Source: Massalongia carnosa (Eukaryota). Taken from it: a DNA stretch of 64,000 bases. A program made the translations under genes and the position numbers. Of this stretch, positions 23,125 through 37,488 are shown piece by piece. Every line of letters starts with the position of its first letter. Position 1 is the first letter of the stretch. Under the pieces are notes generated by a model, which saw nothing but the letters and a program-made list of their open reading frames with translations, was not told where the DNA came from and did no database searches. The stretch covers positions 1,550,001 to 1,614,000 of the forward strand of contig OZ287074.1 in NCBI GenBank assembly GCA_965645245.1, read 5' to 3'.

Positions 23125-26100
23125 GAAACACAAGTACCGTAACTTTTGATACACTATAACTTTAACAGTCAATTGAGCCTCTATTTCTCAGTCATTTGAG
23201 CTTCTCCAGAGCAAAAACGCTCTCAGATTGAGTATAGGAGAGCTCTAGCAAAGCTCCAGCAGAGTTTTTCTGCTGGTCGCACGCGACCGACGTGATAAAG
23301 CGCGCTCTAGAAGTTAGAAAAAACAACAAATACCAACAACCTCACCAAAAATCGCTCTTTTTTCTTGTTTTCTTCTGTTCTGTTGTCGCATGACCTTCAA
23401 TTATTACTATAAAAATTATCTACCAAAAATATCTACTCTCGCGGGACTGTACAACAACTGTCGCGACGTCAAAGTCTTCTAAAGTTCATTCCTCATTTAA
23501 GGTTACGGGAATTTCCGCCAGCACAAATTTTCATAGCATATTTCACGTCTAATTTTTGCACATTCCATTTTCGGCTTTATAGATCTTCGTTGAACGGCCG
23601 GACAACAGAACACTGAAAAGAAGGGGAAAAACGTCTGGAATAGGATTATACCAAAGGTCCTGTTTCAGATTAATCAGAATAGGAAGTCTCCTATTATCTT
23701 ACATTGCATTAAAATCTATCTTTATTGAAAAAAGGAAAAAAAACTTTCATTATTTTCACCTATTGTAGTGTCTGGTAAAGGGTCAAATAAGACTTACTGC
23801 CTTAGCCAGGAACGGTCTATTTTAACCCGATTAGGATTTATTTGACGCGTTATAGTCAAATAAATAGGGATAGGAAAGAAAGAGTCATTTGACCAGTAAA
23901 CAGGTGTAAATTCTATTCTGACTAGTACGTCCGGGGAAAGTCAGAATAAATTATTTGGTGGCGATAAAAGGGATATTGCAAAGGCAAAAACACTATGCTC
24001 AATCGAAGATTTAACCCGATAGGTCATAGACCAAATCGATTGATATCAACAACTCCTCCTCCATGCCATCATTGATTTCTGATATTCGACTGAGTCTACC
24101 AATTAAACGCAACAAAAGACGAACATTTGACGAACATTCGATTGAAAGTCAAGAAGTCATCAATCGATCAAAATCGATTCAACTATTGAATACGGCAAAA
24201 AATGCATTATTGGAGTAATTCGTAATAGATCAAAACCCCGAAACGGCTATGGTCATCGATCACATCAATTCTCTACTGGCAAAGAAATCGATCAAGCCAA
24301 AAGCAACGTTAGAAATGATTGATTGGAAATTGAATAGGGTGCTAGAACAAACTAGCCAAATTCAAGAAACAAAGAGACAATCGGTGAATCCTGTACAGAC
24401 AAAATCGAAAGGAAATTCAAATGGAAATTCGAATTTGACTAAAAACGTTAACCCAGAAATTCGGAGCGAAACCGCCGGAGTCCAGGGCCGCAGGTAAACG
24501 ACACAGTTAGAACATGGAGCCAAATGCACGGAAAAGCGACTGTCAATTCCGAAAATTGGACTACCGTTCCTCGATCCAAAAAAACAAACAAGAACAACAA
24601 CAATAATTCGAATGCGAACAAATTCGATAATACTGACGATTTCAAGGTGATCAAATCTCGACGATTGATAATCACACCGAAAGCTCAAATCGGCGATATC
24701 GATTCACTGTTGCTTCGAAACCAAATCAATTCGCTTTTTAAAAACGCGAAATTGACTATCGTTCTTAACACGGTCGAAAAGTCCAAAACAGGTCAAAACA
24801 TCGTTCTGACTACTAGTCCTGATAACACTGTTGAAGATTTATTGAACAATAAATCAATATGGGAGCATTTATTCGACCCACGAACAGTTCGAAAGGACGA
24901 ATCGTGGTTCAAAGTCGTCGCACACGGTGTAAATATTGCAATATTTGATGAAAACATGCAATATTTGCAAGACGATATTCAAAAGTTCAATTCGAACATG
25001 CAATTATGCGATATTCCCAGATGGCTAGCACGTGATCGTCATAACAAGATAAAATCATCCGTTGTTTTGACATTCAATAATCGAAATATGGCCTTGAACG
25101 CGTTAAAAGGAGTCAATATCGCGGGCCGACATTTTGGCACGGAAATATTTACCTCCGTTCGTCCAAACACACAATGCATTAATTGTCAAAAATTTGGACA
25201 AAAGCATTATCAATTCAAAAGTCAAGCGAAATGCAGCATATGTGCGCAAAACCATGAAACAAACAATCATGAATGAACAATATGCAAGTCAAATATTGCT
25301 TGTACACACGTAGTCGTCAAATGCGCGAATTGCAACAAGAATCATCAATCCAATGATGAAAATTGTGAAATGGTTATATCGTTAAATGTTCGAAAATCGA
25401 CTGACGAATTAGCCGCTTTGTAATGGCAGGAAAGCATTCGTTGACAAACTTCGAAAGTACACAAAATGTTAAATTTATTTCACATAATTGTGCAAAGTCA
25501 ACGAATGCAATGATAACGTGTTTGGAATATGCTTTATCAAACCAAATTGATATTGTTTTGTTTCAGGAATCATGGACACGAGATCAAAAAATAATATCAC
25601 ATCCGTCATTTACATGTATTATGCCAAAAATAGCGACTTATCGCTAGAGAGTAGCTATATTTTTCACAAAAGGCAATCCTAAACTGCAATACACGCTTGG
25701 AACTGATCTTATTGACGAATCCGATATGCAAATTATTGAAATGACAATTGATGAAGTTCGAAAAGTACAGATTTTCAATATTTATAAAGAAAAAAGTCAA
25801 CGCGATCGAGAAAAATACACGATCGATCGACTTTAAATCCAATTACAACCTAAATCAACTGATCAATTCGTCATCTGTGGAGATTTAAATGCACATCATA
25901 ACTGGTCGAATTCAAAAATTCAACAAGCAATTCGATCAGAAAATCTAGTCAAATGGTTGAAATTAAAAATGTGTAGTTTGATAAACACACCTGACTTATG
26001 TACATACTACGCCCATTCTGGAAGATCTTCATCTGTTATTGATTTGACATTTGCAAATTCTAAAATCGAAAATGCAATTACAAATTGGTCAATCGATGAA

Positions 26101-27900
26101 AACGCAGTCACAGGTTCTGATCATGAAGTCATTCGAGTTGAACTAATCGCATCTTTCAAAAATTTGACGTCACATGCAACCGCATTATCGAATAAATACA
26201 ATTGCAATAAAGCCGATTGGAATAAATTCGCGAAGTATCTAGACGAAAATTCAACCATCTACGAATCACAAGTTCAAAGTTTATTGAATAATCATCAATT
26301 CGACGAATCAGCGATATATTTGCAAAACATTATCAAAAACGCGGCTGAAATGTTTATTCCGAAAACAAAAAAATGTGCAAAATCGAAAAATTGGTGGTCG
26401 CAAGATTTAACTGAACTTCGAAAAACGATGTGCAGACATCGTCGAGAATGGAAGAATTATCCGTCCGATTTTAGTCATCGGACGTTTAAACATAGTCGAA
26501 TCGAGTATTTTCATGCAATTCGAAAAGCAAAACAACAAACATGGTTGACTTTTCTAGAAAATGTAGCAAATAAAGATGTATTTACCGCGTATAAATACAC
26601 TAAACCGCGCATATTCGAAAAAATACCCCCGATTCTACATGAAAACAAGCTAAATTTTCAGTTTGATGACAAATGCGATGCATTTGTGTCAGCAATGTAC
26701 ACAAAAAACCCATATATTGACGATAATGTGGAAGATTTATCAAATCAAGACAGCGAAAATGATGATAACTGGCCAGATTTGACCGAAAACGAGTTGAAAA
26801 ATGCGATTAGTTTATTTAATCCGAAGAAAGCATGTGGACCTGATGCAATCAATTTTACAATTGTTCAAAAATCGTTTCAATCGTTGAAAAACGTGTTTTT
26901 CATGATTTATTCAAAATTCATTCGAATCAGTTATCACCCGTTATGCTGGCGGACAGGACTCGGTGCAGTTCTGAAAAAACCTAATAAATCAGACTATTCG
27001 TGTCCAAAATCATATCGAATTATCACATTACAAAATTGTGTTGGTAAAATTGCCGAAAAAATCGTTGCAAATCGACCAGCCTACTTCGGCGAAAATTCGA
27101 ATTTATTCGATATCGAACAGATGGGCGGACGCCAAAATTATTCTGCAATTGACGCAGTCATGAAGGTTGTTCATTATCTCGAAATTGCAAATAGAAATAA
27201 AAACGTCTTATCATGTTTATTACACGATTTCAAAGGCGCATTTGACTTTGTCTCGATTAATCAACTGCTAAATGTGATGAAAAAGCTGAAATTATCTCGC
27301 ATAATAATTCAATGGGTCAAGCATTTCATGATAAAACGAACGATCAATTTGATATTTGATTAAAATAAAAGCAAAACATATTATGTCGAATCAGGAATTC
27401 CACAAGGCTCACCTATCTCGCCTATTCTATTTCTGATTTACATTCGTCACTTGTTTCTGAAAATACGAATGAAATTCAATGCACATTCTCCCAGTTTTAT
27501 TGTCGATGTTGCAATATATGTCGAAAATAAAACTGCAAAACAGAATTGCAAAAATCGAAACCATAGTCAAAACGGCCATTAATTGGGCCGCATCGAATAA
27601 TGTCAAATTTGATGACGATAAATCCGAGCTGATTCACTTCGAAAAGACAAGAAATGTATCGAAAGACACATTGGAATTACCAAACGGGACAGTACTAGAA
27701 CCGAAAAATGTAGTCAAATGGTTGGGCGTCTGGTTAGACCGAAAACTAAATTTCGAAAAACACGTCGAAACGCGGATCTCTTCTGCGAATCGATCGTTTT
27801 TTGCAATTAAGAATTTGATGAAATCCGAATGGGGTCTGAAACCGACCGCAAGCAGACAGCTCTATTTGTCATGCATTATTCCTATTTCGGACTACGGCTC
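23125..27900 (+). mobile_element. LINE family 1, 5' UTR through RT, 3'-truncated, decayed
   Basis: 5' UTR homologous to 50625 onward; ORF1 remnants 24249-25423; TAATG junction at 25421; APE and RT (25957-27363); multiple stops. Confidence 0.93.
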
Positions 27901-30900
27901 TTTATTTTTATTCATTAAGTGTATTCAACCTAAGGTTATACTAAACTATTTTAGGATATGTTTCTAAATTACAAATAAATCAACCCTTTATAACCCTTCT
28001 ATGTATCGTTAATTTTTCCCCATTTTTACTCCGTGTTAGTAACGACCTATAGTAATCGAAGAATATCGATTTTACAATTTGTCTTTTTAAGTTCGTGAAT
28101 CTTTCAGCATAAATCGTTTCTGATTTTACTGTTCGATCTCTCCCCAACCTCCAGTTTCGAAAATCTCGTCATCAAGCTGACCTAGTATCCATTTTCTAGT
28201 CGCGATGTTGTTATTGATAATGAATTTAACAAAAATATCATTTCCGATTTTTTGTATTAAATAACATTCAAGTTGATCGTAGTATCGATATTTTGTTTCA
28301 TATTTTAAATTTCATCGAAATAGTGAATGCAATTCAATAACAAGTGTTCTGGCGTTTGTCGTTGATTGCATTGATTTGTGCATTTTGACGTTATAATCTT
28401 TCAACCGTTGTAAATATGATCGAAAATAGAGGTGTCCGAATTTTAATTGCATAATAGTAGCAAATACCAATTTGGAACAGTTGTTTGATAAATAATGAAA
28501 TCTCGATATGCCAGGTTTCATTTCGAATTTCTCGTAGTATTTGCCTTTTGATTTGCATCGTTGTCATTGATTCGTCCATATGGTTAGCTTATATTGATTT
28601 ATTTGATCTTTTATATAATCAAATGTTATCGCCGAGGACACGACTAGGATTTGATTATGGCCCGTCTTTGCTATTTTGTCTGCAATTTCGTTTTCGGTAA
28701 TATTTGAATGACTCGGAACCCATTGCAAAATCACCTGAAAATTTCTTTCAAATAAATAAGAGTTTTGCGAGCTTTCGAATTTGTCTGGCGCAAATATGAT
28801 TTCTCAAGTTCTGAATTTCTTATATCGCGTTTATACTATCAGAAAAAATCCAAATCGTTTTTTCTAAGTTCGATAAAATATTAGTATTCAACAATTTATA
28901 GACCCATTTCATTGCTTGTAAAATCGCCTGCAGTTAGTTTAGCGTTTTAAATGCTTGACTGTTTGCTTTATTTCCAGCATTTCGAAATCGTATGATACTT
29001 GATCAGACAATGTTTTTCGATAAATCGATCAAAATTATTGATATTATTACTCCAATTCCTCATAATTGGCGCAAATGTGACTGCAGATGTTGCAAATTCG
29101 ATTTTCGATCCATCTATATAAAGTAAAAGTCGGGATTTATCGGAGTTCATTGATTTAATTGTGGATAAGGTTGAATAATAAGTAGATTTAGCAGATTCCT
29201 TTGTATTTTCGATTTGAAATTCGATTGTGCACGGCGATTTCCAAGGTTTAATAAAATGATTTGATTGTTCAAATTCATCAGTTTTGTGAACTATGTCGGA
29301 AACGGAATGAAGAACGGGAATAAGCTGACTATGATGTCGTTTATTTGTTTTTTTTTCGTCTTCGTTCCATTCGGCATATTTGTTGTTCCATAAACTAGTG
29401 TCAAAACCGATATCTTTGAATTTTATCGAATATGTTTTTGGAATTCTTTGACAAATAGAGTTATTTTCGGCAATCTTCAATAATCGAATTGCGTATTTTT
29501 GATTTTTCATTAATAATCGAAGTTTAACTGGTAAACAATGTGATTCAATTTCCATCGCCTGAATAGGTGTGGTTTTGAAAGTTCCGAAAATCTTTCGAAT
29601 CATTTGATTTTGTAGGTTCTGAAATAGTTTTTCATATTTCTTTTGACCATTATACCAAATTTCTGTGCCGTAGTCCGAAATAGGAATAATGCATGACAAA
29701 TAGAGCTGTCTGCATGCGGTCGGTTTCAGACCCCATTCGGATTTCATCAAATTCTGAATTGCAAAAAACGATCGATTCGCAGAAGAGATCCGCGTTTCGA
29801 CGTGTTTTTTGAAATTTAGTTTTCGGTCTAACCAGACGCCCAACCATTTGACTACATTTTTCGGTTCTAGTACTGTCACGTTTGGTAATTCCAATGTGTC
29901 TTTGGATACATTTCTTGTCTTTTCGAAGTGAATCAGCTCGGATTTATCGTCATCAAATTTGACATTATTCGATGCGGCCCAATCAAAGGCCGTTTTGACT
30001 ATGATTTCGATTTTTGCAATTCTGTTTTGCAGTTTTATTTTCGACATATATTGCAACATCGTCAATAAAACTGGGAAAATGTGCATTGAATTTCATTAAT
30101 ATTTTCGGAAACAAGTGACGAATGTAAATCAGAAATAGAATAGGCGAGATAGGTGAGCCTTGTGGAAGTCCTGATTCGACATAAAATGTTTTGCTTTATT
30201 TTAATTAAATATCAAATTGATCGTTCGTTTTGTCATGAAATGCTTGACCCATTGAATTTTTATGCGAGATAATTTCAGCTTTTTCATATATTTAGCAGTT
30301 GATTAATCGAGACAAAGTCAAATGCGCCTTTGACATTGAGTAATAAAAATGATAAGACGTTTTTATTTCTATTTGCAATTTCAATAACATGAACAACGTT
30401 CATTACTGCGTCAATTGCAGAATGGTTTTTGAGTCCGCCCATCTGTTCGATATCGAGTAAATTCGAATTTTCGCCGAAGTAGGCTAGTCGATTTGCAACG
30501 ATTTTCTCAGCAATTTTACCAAGACAATTTAGTAATGTGATAATTCGATATGATTTTGGAAGAGAATAGTCTGATTTATTGGGTTTTTTAAGAGCTGCAC
30601 CGAGTCCTGTCCGCCAGCATAACGGGTGATAACCGATTCGAATGAATTTCGAATAAATCATGAAAAACACGTTTTTCAACGATTGAAACGATTTTTGAAC
30701 GATTGTAAAATTGATTGCATCAGGTCCACATGCTTTCTTCGGATTAAATAAACTAATCGCATTTTTCAACTCGTTTTCCGTCAAATCTGGCCAATTATTA
30801 TCATTTTCGCTGCCTTGATTTGATAAATCTTCCACATTATCGTCAATATATGGGTTTTTTGTGTATATTGCTGACACAAATGCATCGCATTTGTCATCAA

Positions 30901-31430
30901 ACTGAACATTTAGCTTGTTTTCATGTAGAATCGGGGGTATTTTTTCGAATATGCGCGGTTTAGTGTATTTATACGCGATAAATACATCTTTATTTGCTGC
31001 ATTTTCTAGAAAAGTCAACCATGTTTGTTGTTTTGCTTTTCGAATTGCATGAAAATACTCGATTCGACTATGTTTAAACGTCCGATGACTAAAATCGGAC
31101 GGATAATTCTTCTATTCTCGACGATATCTGCACATGGTTTTTCGAAGTTCAGTTAAATCTTGCGACCACCAATTTTTCGATTTTGCACAAATTCTCGTTT
31201 TCGTAATAAACATTTCAGCCGCGTTTTTGATAATATTTTGCAAATATATGGCTGATTCGTCGAATTGATGATTATTCAATAAACTTTGAACTTGTGTTCG
31301 TAGATGGTTGAATTTTCGTTTAGATACTTCGCAAATTTATTCCAATCGGCTTTATTGCAATTCTATTTATTCGATAATGCGGTTGCATGTGACGTCAAAT
31401 TTTTGAAAGATGCGATTAGTTCAAATCGGA
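27901..31430 (-). mobile_element. LINE family 1 subfamily B, 5'-truncated
   Basis: RT/RNase H ORF pieces 30284-31018 and 28968-30086; 3' UTR and tail at 27901. Confidence 0.93.
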
Positions 31431-31880
31431 GCCCTGGATAGTTTTGTCATTTTTTCCTGGATTTTCCTTTTGTGAGCACCCCACTTCAATTTTGAATCGA
31501 TTTGAAGTCCTAGAATTCTGATTTCTGTCTTTGGTTTTATGATGTTATTTCTTATTTGAATAACAGTGAACATGTTGAATTTCTTCGGATTTCTTGACAG
31601 ATTTATCAATTCGTATTTCTTCGGAGCGAAGACTGAACCATGTCGACTTGCCCATTTTTCACATTTTTTGTGAATTACCTCTAGCGTCCTGCAATTTTCT
31701 TCGGTGCTTTTTCCGTATGCTAGCAAATTCATGTCATCTACGAAGCCTAGAGCACTCGTGTTACTGCCTGGTCTTTCACATGTGTCTAGTAGGTCTGCAT
31801 TTTAGAACAGATAAAGAATAGGAGAAATGGGGGAGCTTTCTGGGATTCCGGTTTTTACATCGAATATGACCGTGAATCGG
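31431..31880 (-). pseudogene. RT fragment of a different LINE (family 2-like)
   Basis: SPISPILYLF...GFVDDMNLLAYGKS...IRILGLQIDSKLKW. Confidence 0.85.
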
Positions 31881-33653
31881 ATCGGTCCTCCTCCTTCTAC
31901 ACCATCGGTCCTCCTCCTTCTACACCATCGGTCCTTACCACGGAGACGCCAAAGGCCTCACAGTGGGGCAACCGTCAAATATATAGATTTGCTCCTATCT
32001 CTTCGCATCAAAACAATGCTAATTTAACGCGTTCACACGCGTCGCAGACGTACGTACGGAAGAGGATACGAAGGCCAACCGCCGAGGGTAGAATGCGCGC
32101 GTCCCTGCACCATGCTTTTAAGGGTTCAAGTCCCTTCATGCAGTCATCAGCTGGAAGAAGATGTGGACCAAAGGAGCCGCATCATTCCCCACCCGGTCAC
32201 AGTCGACACGCGTTCTAGCTCCTGAGAGTTCAAGTCTCCCCATGTATTCATCAGCTGGGATCAACAGAACGCGTAAAGGCACCGGATCGAATGCTTTCAC
32301 CTCAAGAAAACTCCATCTCGGAGCAGACTAACAATATCCCATTTAATAGGCCCGGCCTATTAAATAAAATCGAGGAAAACACAGAGTCACAAAACACATA
32401 GTCATCAAGCAAACGTTATAAAGTACACAGTCACAAAGCATACAGTCACAAACATACAGTCACAAACACACAGTCACAAAATACACAGTCACAAAAAACA
32501 CAGTCACAAATCAATAACACGTCCCTGTGAAGGGGGTTCTGCGGGGGCTCGTTAAGACAGATCTGCACCCCGTTAATATCGGATTACATATTTTTAGAGG
32601 TTCAAGGCCTTTCTAGCAGTCATCAGCTGAAAATAATGTATTTTGACACGGGCATGGTGTGGATTTGACACGGGTAGACCTCGATGGATCACAAAACAAA
32701 TGAAAAGAGTTTAGCGAAACTTCGTTAATATTGTTCTCGAAGATCTCGTTAATAAGATTTTCATAGACCTCGTTAACAACGATCGGTTATACTCTTAAAG
32801 GTTCAAGTCCTTTCATGCAGTCATCGGCTGAGAGCTAAAGACGTACGACACGGGTCAGCTATGTCTATCACACGGGCCTCCTTCGTCTACAACACGGAGC
32901 CCTCCGGCTGAAAGAAATAAAACATATAGACACATAGTGTAGGGTCACACCCTACACGATACAAGGGATTTGGGTTATGAAAACAATCCAATTGATTGCT
33001 ACCGTGAGCAACACGGCCCGAACCGGAGACGTAACGGGAATGGTGGAGGCAACCTAGTCAACAAATAGGACACCCTTGGGACAAGAAGAGGGCAATATAC
33101 GAGGAACCCGTTAATTGATAACAGTCTAGGCCCTGAGCTAAAAGACGAATTTCAAACGAGCACCCCTCCGAGTTGTCCTCGACTCGTTTTGGTTAGTAGG
33201 GACGGAAAATCGATACTATACTGCCTGTTCAGGAGCATAGTGCTCGAAATCCCTGCGAGACATAGTCGGTTCATAAACGGGAGACCTTTATGAGTAACGC
33301 GAAGTAGGCGTATAAAACCCGTGAGGCGTGGTATGCAATGGCAGCCACCGTACTGAGACCGTCTGCATAGCCCGAGAGGACAGTATGCGCATGTCGGTGT
33401 ATATAGAGCAGGGAATGTCTATCTCGCTCGTAACGAGACCCCGTTGGTTCGCCGGCGCATGGGCTACGGCTAGACTCGCCCTTGATATATGCTTAAGGAG
33501 TAAACTGGGTTTGACCTGTGCGAAAGGGACGTCGTTCATCCCAATCGTAGAATTCATCAATAATCTTGGGCCGTAAAACGCAAAAGTGAGATAAACGAAA
33601 ACTGGGATAGAGATTTTACGAAGGAGATGTCAACTCTATTTTATCATTCTTAG
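31881..33653 (+). other. Unclassified structured non-coding repeat, copy 2
   Basis: Colinear with copy 1; two 23-nt repeats; same 3' end CATTCTTAG. Confidence 0.85.
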
Positions 33654-34688
33654 TTCGACAAAACCGACGAATTAAATGCAATCAAACTCAGACGACTGAT
33701 AATTACACCAAAAATTCAAATTGGCGATATCAACTCATTGAAACTTCAAGATCAAATCAACGCGCAATTCAGCAACGCGAAGTTAGATATCGTAATCAAC
33801 ACGGTCGAAAAATCGAAAACCGGTCAGAATATCGTTCTCACTACTAGTTCGAAAAACACTGCTGCAGAATTGTTGGAAAACAAATCTATATGGGAACATA
33901 TGTTCGATGCACAAAGAATTCGAAAAGAGGAATCCTGGTTTAAAGTTATCGCACATGGAGTAAATATTGCAACGTTTGATCAAAATATGCAATATTTGCA
34001 AAATGAAATCCAGAAATTCAACCTTAACATGGAATTATGCGATTTACCCACATGGCTAGCGCGAGACCGCGGAAATAAAGTCAATTCTTAGGTCGTTTTG
34101 ACTTTTAACGATCGAAATCAGGCCTTAAACGCGTTAAAAGGCGTAAATATCGCGGGAAAACACTGTGACACGGAAATATTTTCTTTCGTTCGTCCGAATA
34201 CACAATGTATTAATTGTCAAAAATTCGGACAAAAGCATTATCAGTGTCGAAAAAAATCAAAATGCAATATTTGTGCACAAAATCATGAAACACGTAATCA
34301 TGAATGCATAACATGCAAATCGAAAACTGCGTGTGCAAACGTTGTTGTGAAATGTGTTAACTGAAATAAAAATCATCAATCAAACGATGAACATTTTGAA
34401 ATGTTTACTGCATTAAATCCACGAAAATCGGCTGACGAATTATCCGCCTTATAATGGCAGGACAGCATTCGTTGGCAAATATAGAAAATACTCACAATGT
34501 CAAATTTATTCAACACAACTGTGGAAGGTCAACGAATGCAATGACTTCGTGTTAGGAATATGCTTTATCAAATCAAACTGATATTGTTTTGTTTCAGGAA
34601 CCATGGACACGAGATCAAAAAACTATATCACATCCGTCATTTACATGTATTTTGCCGAAAATAGCTACTTATCGCTCGAGAGTAGCTA
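33654..34688 (+). mobile_element. LINE family 1 fragment (ORF1 3' half, ORF2 start)
   Basis: ORFs 33738-34364 with CINCQKFGQKH/CNICAQNH; TAATG junction at ~34452. Confidence 0.9.
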
Positions 34689-37488
34689 TTTTTTTATTTT
34701 TTATTTATTCATTAAGTGTATTCAACCTAAGGTTATGACACTAAACTATTTTAGGATATGTTTCTATATTACAAATAAATCAACCCTTTATAACCCATCT
34801 ATGTATTGTCAATTTTTCCCCATTTTTACTCCGTGTTAGTAACAACCTATAGTAATCGAAGAATATCGATTTTAAAATTTGTCTTTGTAAGTTCGTGAAT
34901 TTTTCAGCATAAATCGTTTCTGATTTTACTGTTCGATCTCTCCCCAACCTCCAGTTTCGAAAATCTCGTCATCAAGCTGACCTAGTATCAATTTTTTGGT
35001 CGCGATTTTGTTATTGACAATGAATTTAATAAAAATGTCATTTCCGATTTTTTGTATTAAAAAACATATTCAAGTTGATCGTAGTATCGATATTTTGTTT
35101 CATGTTTTGAATTTCATTGAAATAGTGAATGCAATTCAATAACAAGTATTCTGGCGTTTGTCGTTGATTGCATCGATTTGAGCATTTTGACGAATTTAAT
35201 CTTTCAATCGCTGTAAATATGATCGAAAATAGCCGTGTCCGAATTTTAATTGCATAACAGTACCAAATATCAATTTGGAACAGTTGTTTGATAAATAATA
35301 AAATCTCGATATGCCAGGTTTCATTTCGAATTTCTCGTAGTATTTGCCTTTTGATTTGCATTTTTGCCATTGATTCGTCCATGTGGTAAGCATATTTTGA
35401 TTTTTTTATTTTTATTTATTTATTCATTAAGTTTATTCAACCTAAGGTTATGACACTAAACTATTTTAAGATATGGTTTTATTTTATAAATAAATCAACC
35501 CTTTATAACCCAACTATGTATCGTCAATATTGCCCCGTTTTTACTCCGTGTTAGTAACAACCTTTAGTAATCGAAATATCGATTTTAAAATTTGTTTTTG
35601 TAAAGCTCGTAAATATTCCAGCATAAATCATTTCTAATTTTACTGTTCGATCTCTCCCCAACCTCCCGTTTGGATATTTTCGTCATCGAGCTGACCAAGC
35701 ATCCATTTTCTAGTCGCGATTTTGTTATCAATAATAAATTTAATCAAAATATTATTTCCGATCCGAGTATTAAACAACATTTTTAAAGTAATTGTGGTAT
35801 CGATATTTTGTTTCATGTTTAGGATTTCATTTGAATAATGTATGCAATTCATCAATAAGTGTTCTGGCGTTTGACGTTTGTTGCAGCGCCCTGTGCATTT
35901 TGACGAATTATAATCTTTCAATCGGTGCAGATATGATCGAAAATAACCGTGTCCGAATTTCATTTGCATAATAGTTGCAAATATTAATTTAGAACAATTA
36001 TTCGACAGATAATAAAAACTCGATTTGCCCGGCTGCATTTCGAATTTCTCATAGTATTTGCATTTTGACTTGCATTGTTGCCATTTATTCGCCCATGTGG
36101 CTAACATATTTCGATTTATTTGACCCTTCACATAATCAAATGTTATTATTGAAGACTCGACTAGGATTCCACTATGTCCCGCTTTTGCTGCTTTATCTGC
36201 AATTTCATTTTCGACGATTTTCGAATGACTAGGAATCCATTGTAGAACCACCTGATAATTGTTTCCGAATAAGCATTTCGAGAATTTTCGAATTTGTTTT
36301 GAATAAGTATGATTTGTCAAGTTCTGAATTTCGTTTATTGCGTTTATGCTATCGGAAAAAATCCAAATCGTTTTTTCCAAATTGAAGAGAATATTCGCAA
36401 TTGTCAATTTGTAGGGCCATTTTATATATTTTGATTTATTTGATCTTTTTCATAATCAAATGTTATCGCCGAGGACTCGACTAGGATTTGATTATGGCCC
36501 GTCTTTGCTATTTTGTCTGCAATTTCGTTTTCGGTAATATTTGAATGACTCGGAACCCATTGCAAAATCACCTGAAAATTGCTTTCAAATAAGAGTTTTG
36601 CGAGCTTTCGAATTTGTCTGGCGAAAATATGATTTGTCAAGTTCTGAATTTCGTTTACCGCGTTTATACTATCAGAAAAAATCCAAATCGTTTTTTCTAA
36701 GTTCGATAAAATATTAGTATTCGACAATTTATAGACCCATTTCACTGCTTGTAAAATCGCATGCAGTTCAGCATTTTTAATGCTTGACTGTTTGCTTAAT
36801 TTCCAGCTTTTCGAAATCGTATGATACTTGATCTGACAATCTTTCTCGATAAATCGATTAAAATTATTGATAATATTACTCCAATTCCTTATAATAGGCG
36901 CAAATGTGACTACAGACGTTGCAAATTCGATTTTCGATCCATCTGTATAAAGTAAAACTCGGGATTTATCGGTGTTCATTCATTTAATTTTGGATAAGGT
37001 CGAATAATAACTTGATTTAGCAGATTCCTTTGTATTTTCGATTTGAAATTTGATTTTGCAAGGCGATTTCCAAGGTTTAATAAAATGATTTGATTGTTCA
37101 AATTCATCAGTTTTGTGAACTATGTCGGAAACGGAATGAAGAACGCGAATAAGCTGACTAGGAAGTCGTTTATTTGTTTGTTTTCCGTCTTCGTTCCATT
37201 CGGCATATTTGTTGTTCCATAAACTTGTGTCAAAACCGATATTTTCGAATTTTATCAAATATGTGTTTGGAATTCTTTGACAAATAGGGTTATTTTCGGC
37301 AATCTTCAATAATCGAATTGCGTATTTTTTATTTTTCATTATTAATCGAAGTTTAACTGGTAAAACATGTGATTCAATTTCCATCGCCTGAACAGGTGTG
37401 GTTTTGAAAGTTCCTAAAATCTTTCGAATCATTCGATTTTGCAGATTCTGAAATAGCTTTTCATATTTCTTTTGACCGTTATACCAGA
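34689..37488 (-). mobile_element. LINE family 1 subfamily B 3' part, interrupted by a subfamily A insertion
   Basis: ORFs 36980-37432, 36422-36979 and 35196-35393; tail at 34689. Confidence 0.92.
35404..36425 (-). mobile_element. LINE family 1 subfamily A, 5'-truncated, nested in subfamily B
   Basis: ORF 35640-36407; own tail; TSD ATATTTTGATTT at 35392-35403 and 36426-36437. Confidence 0.92.
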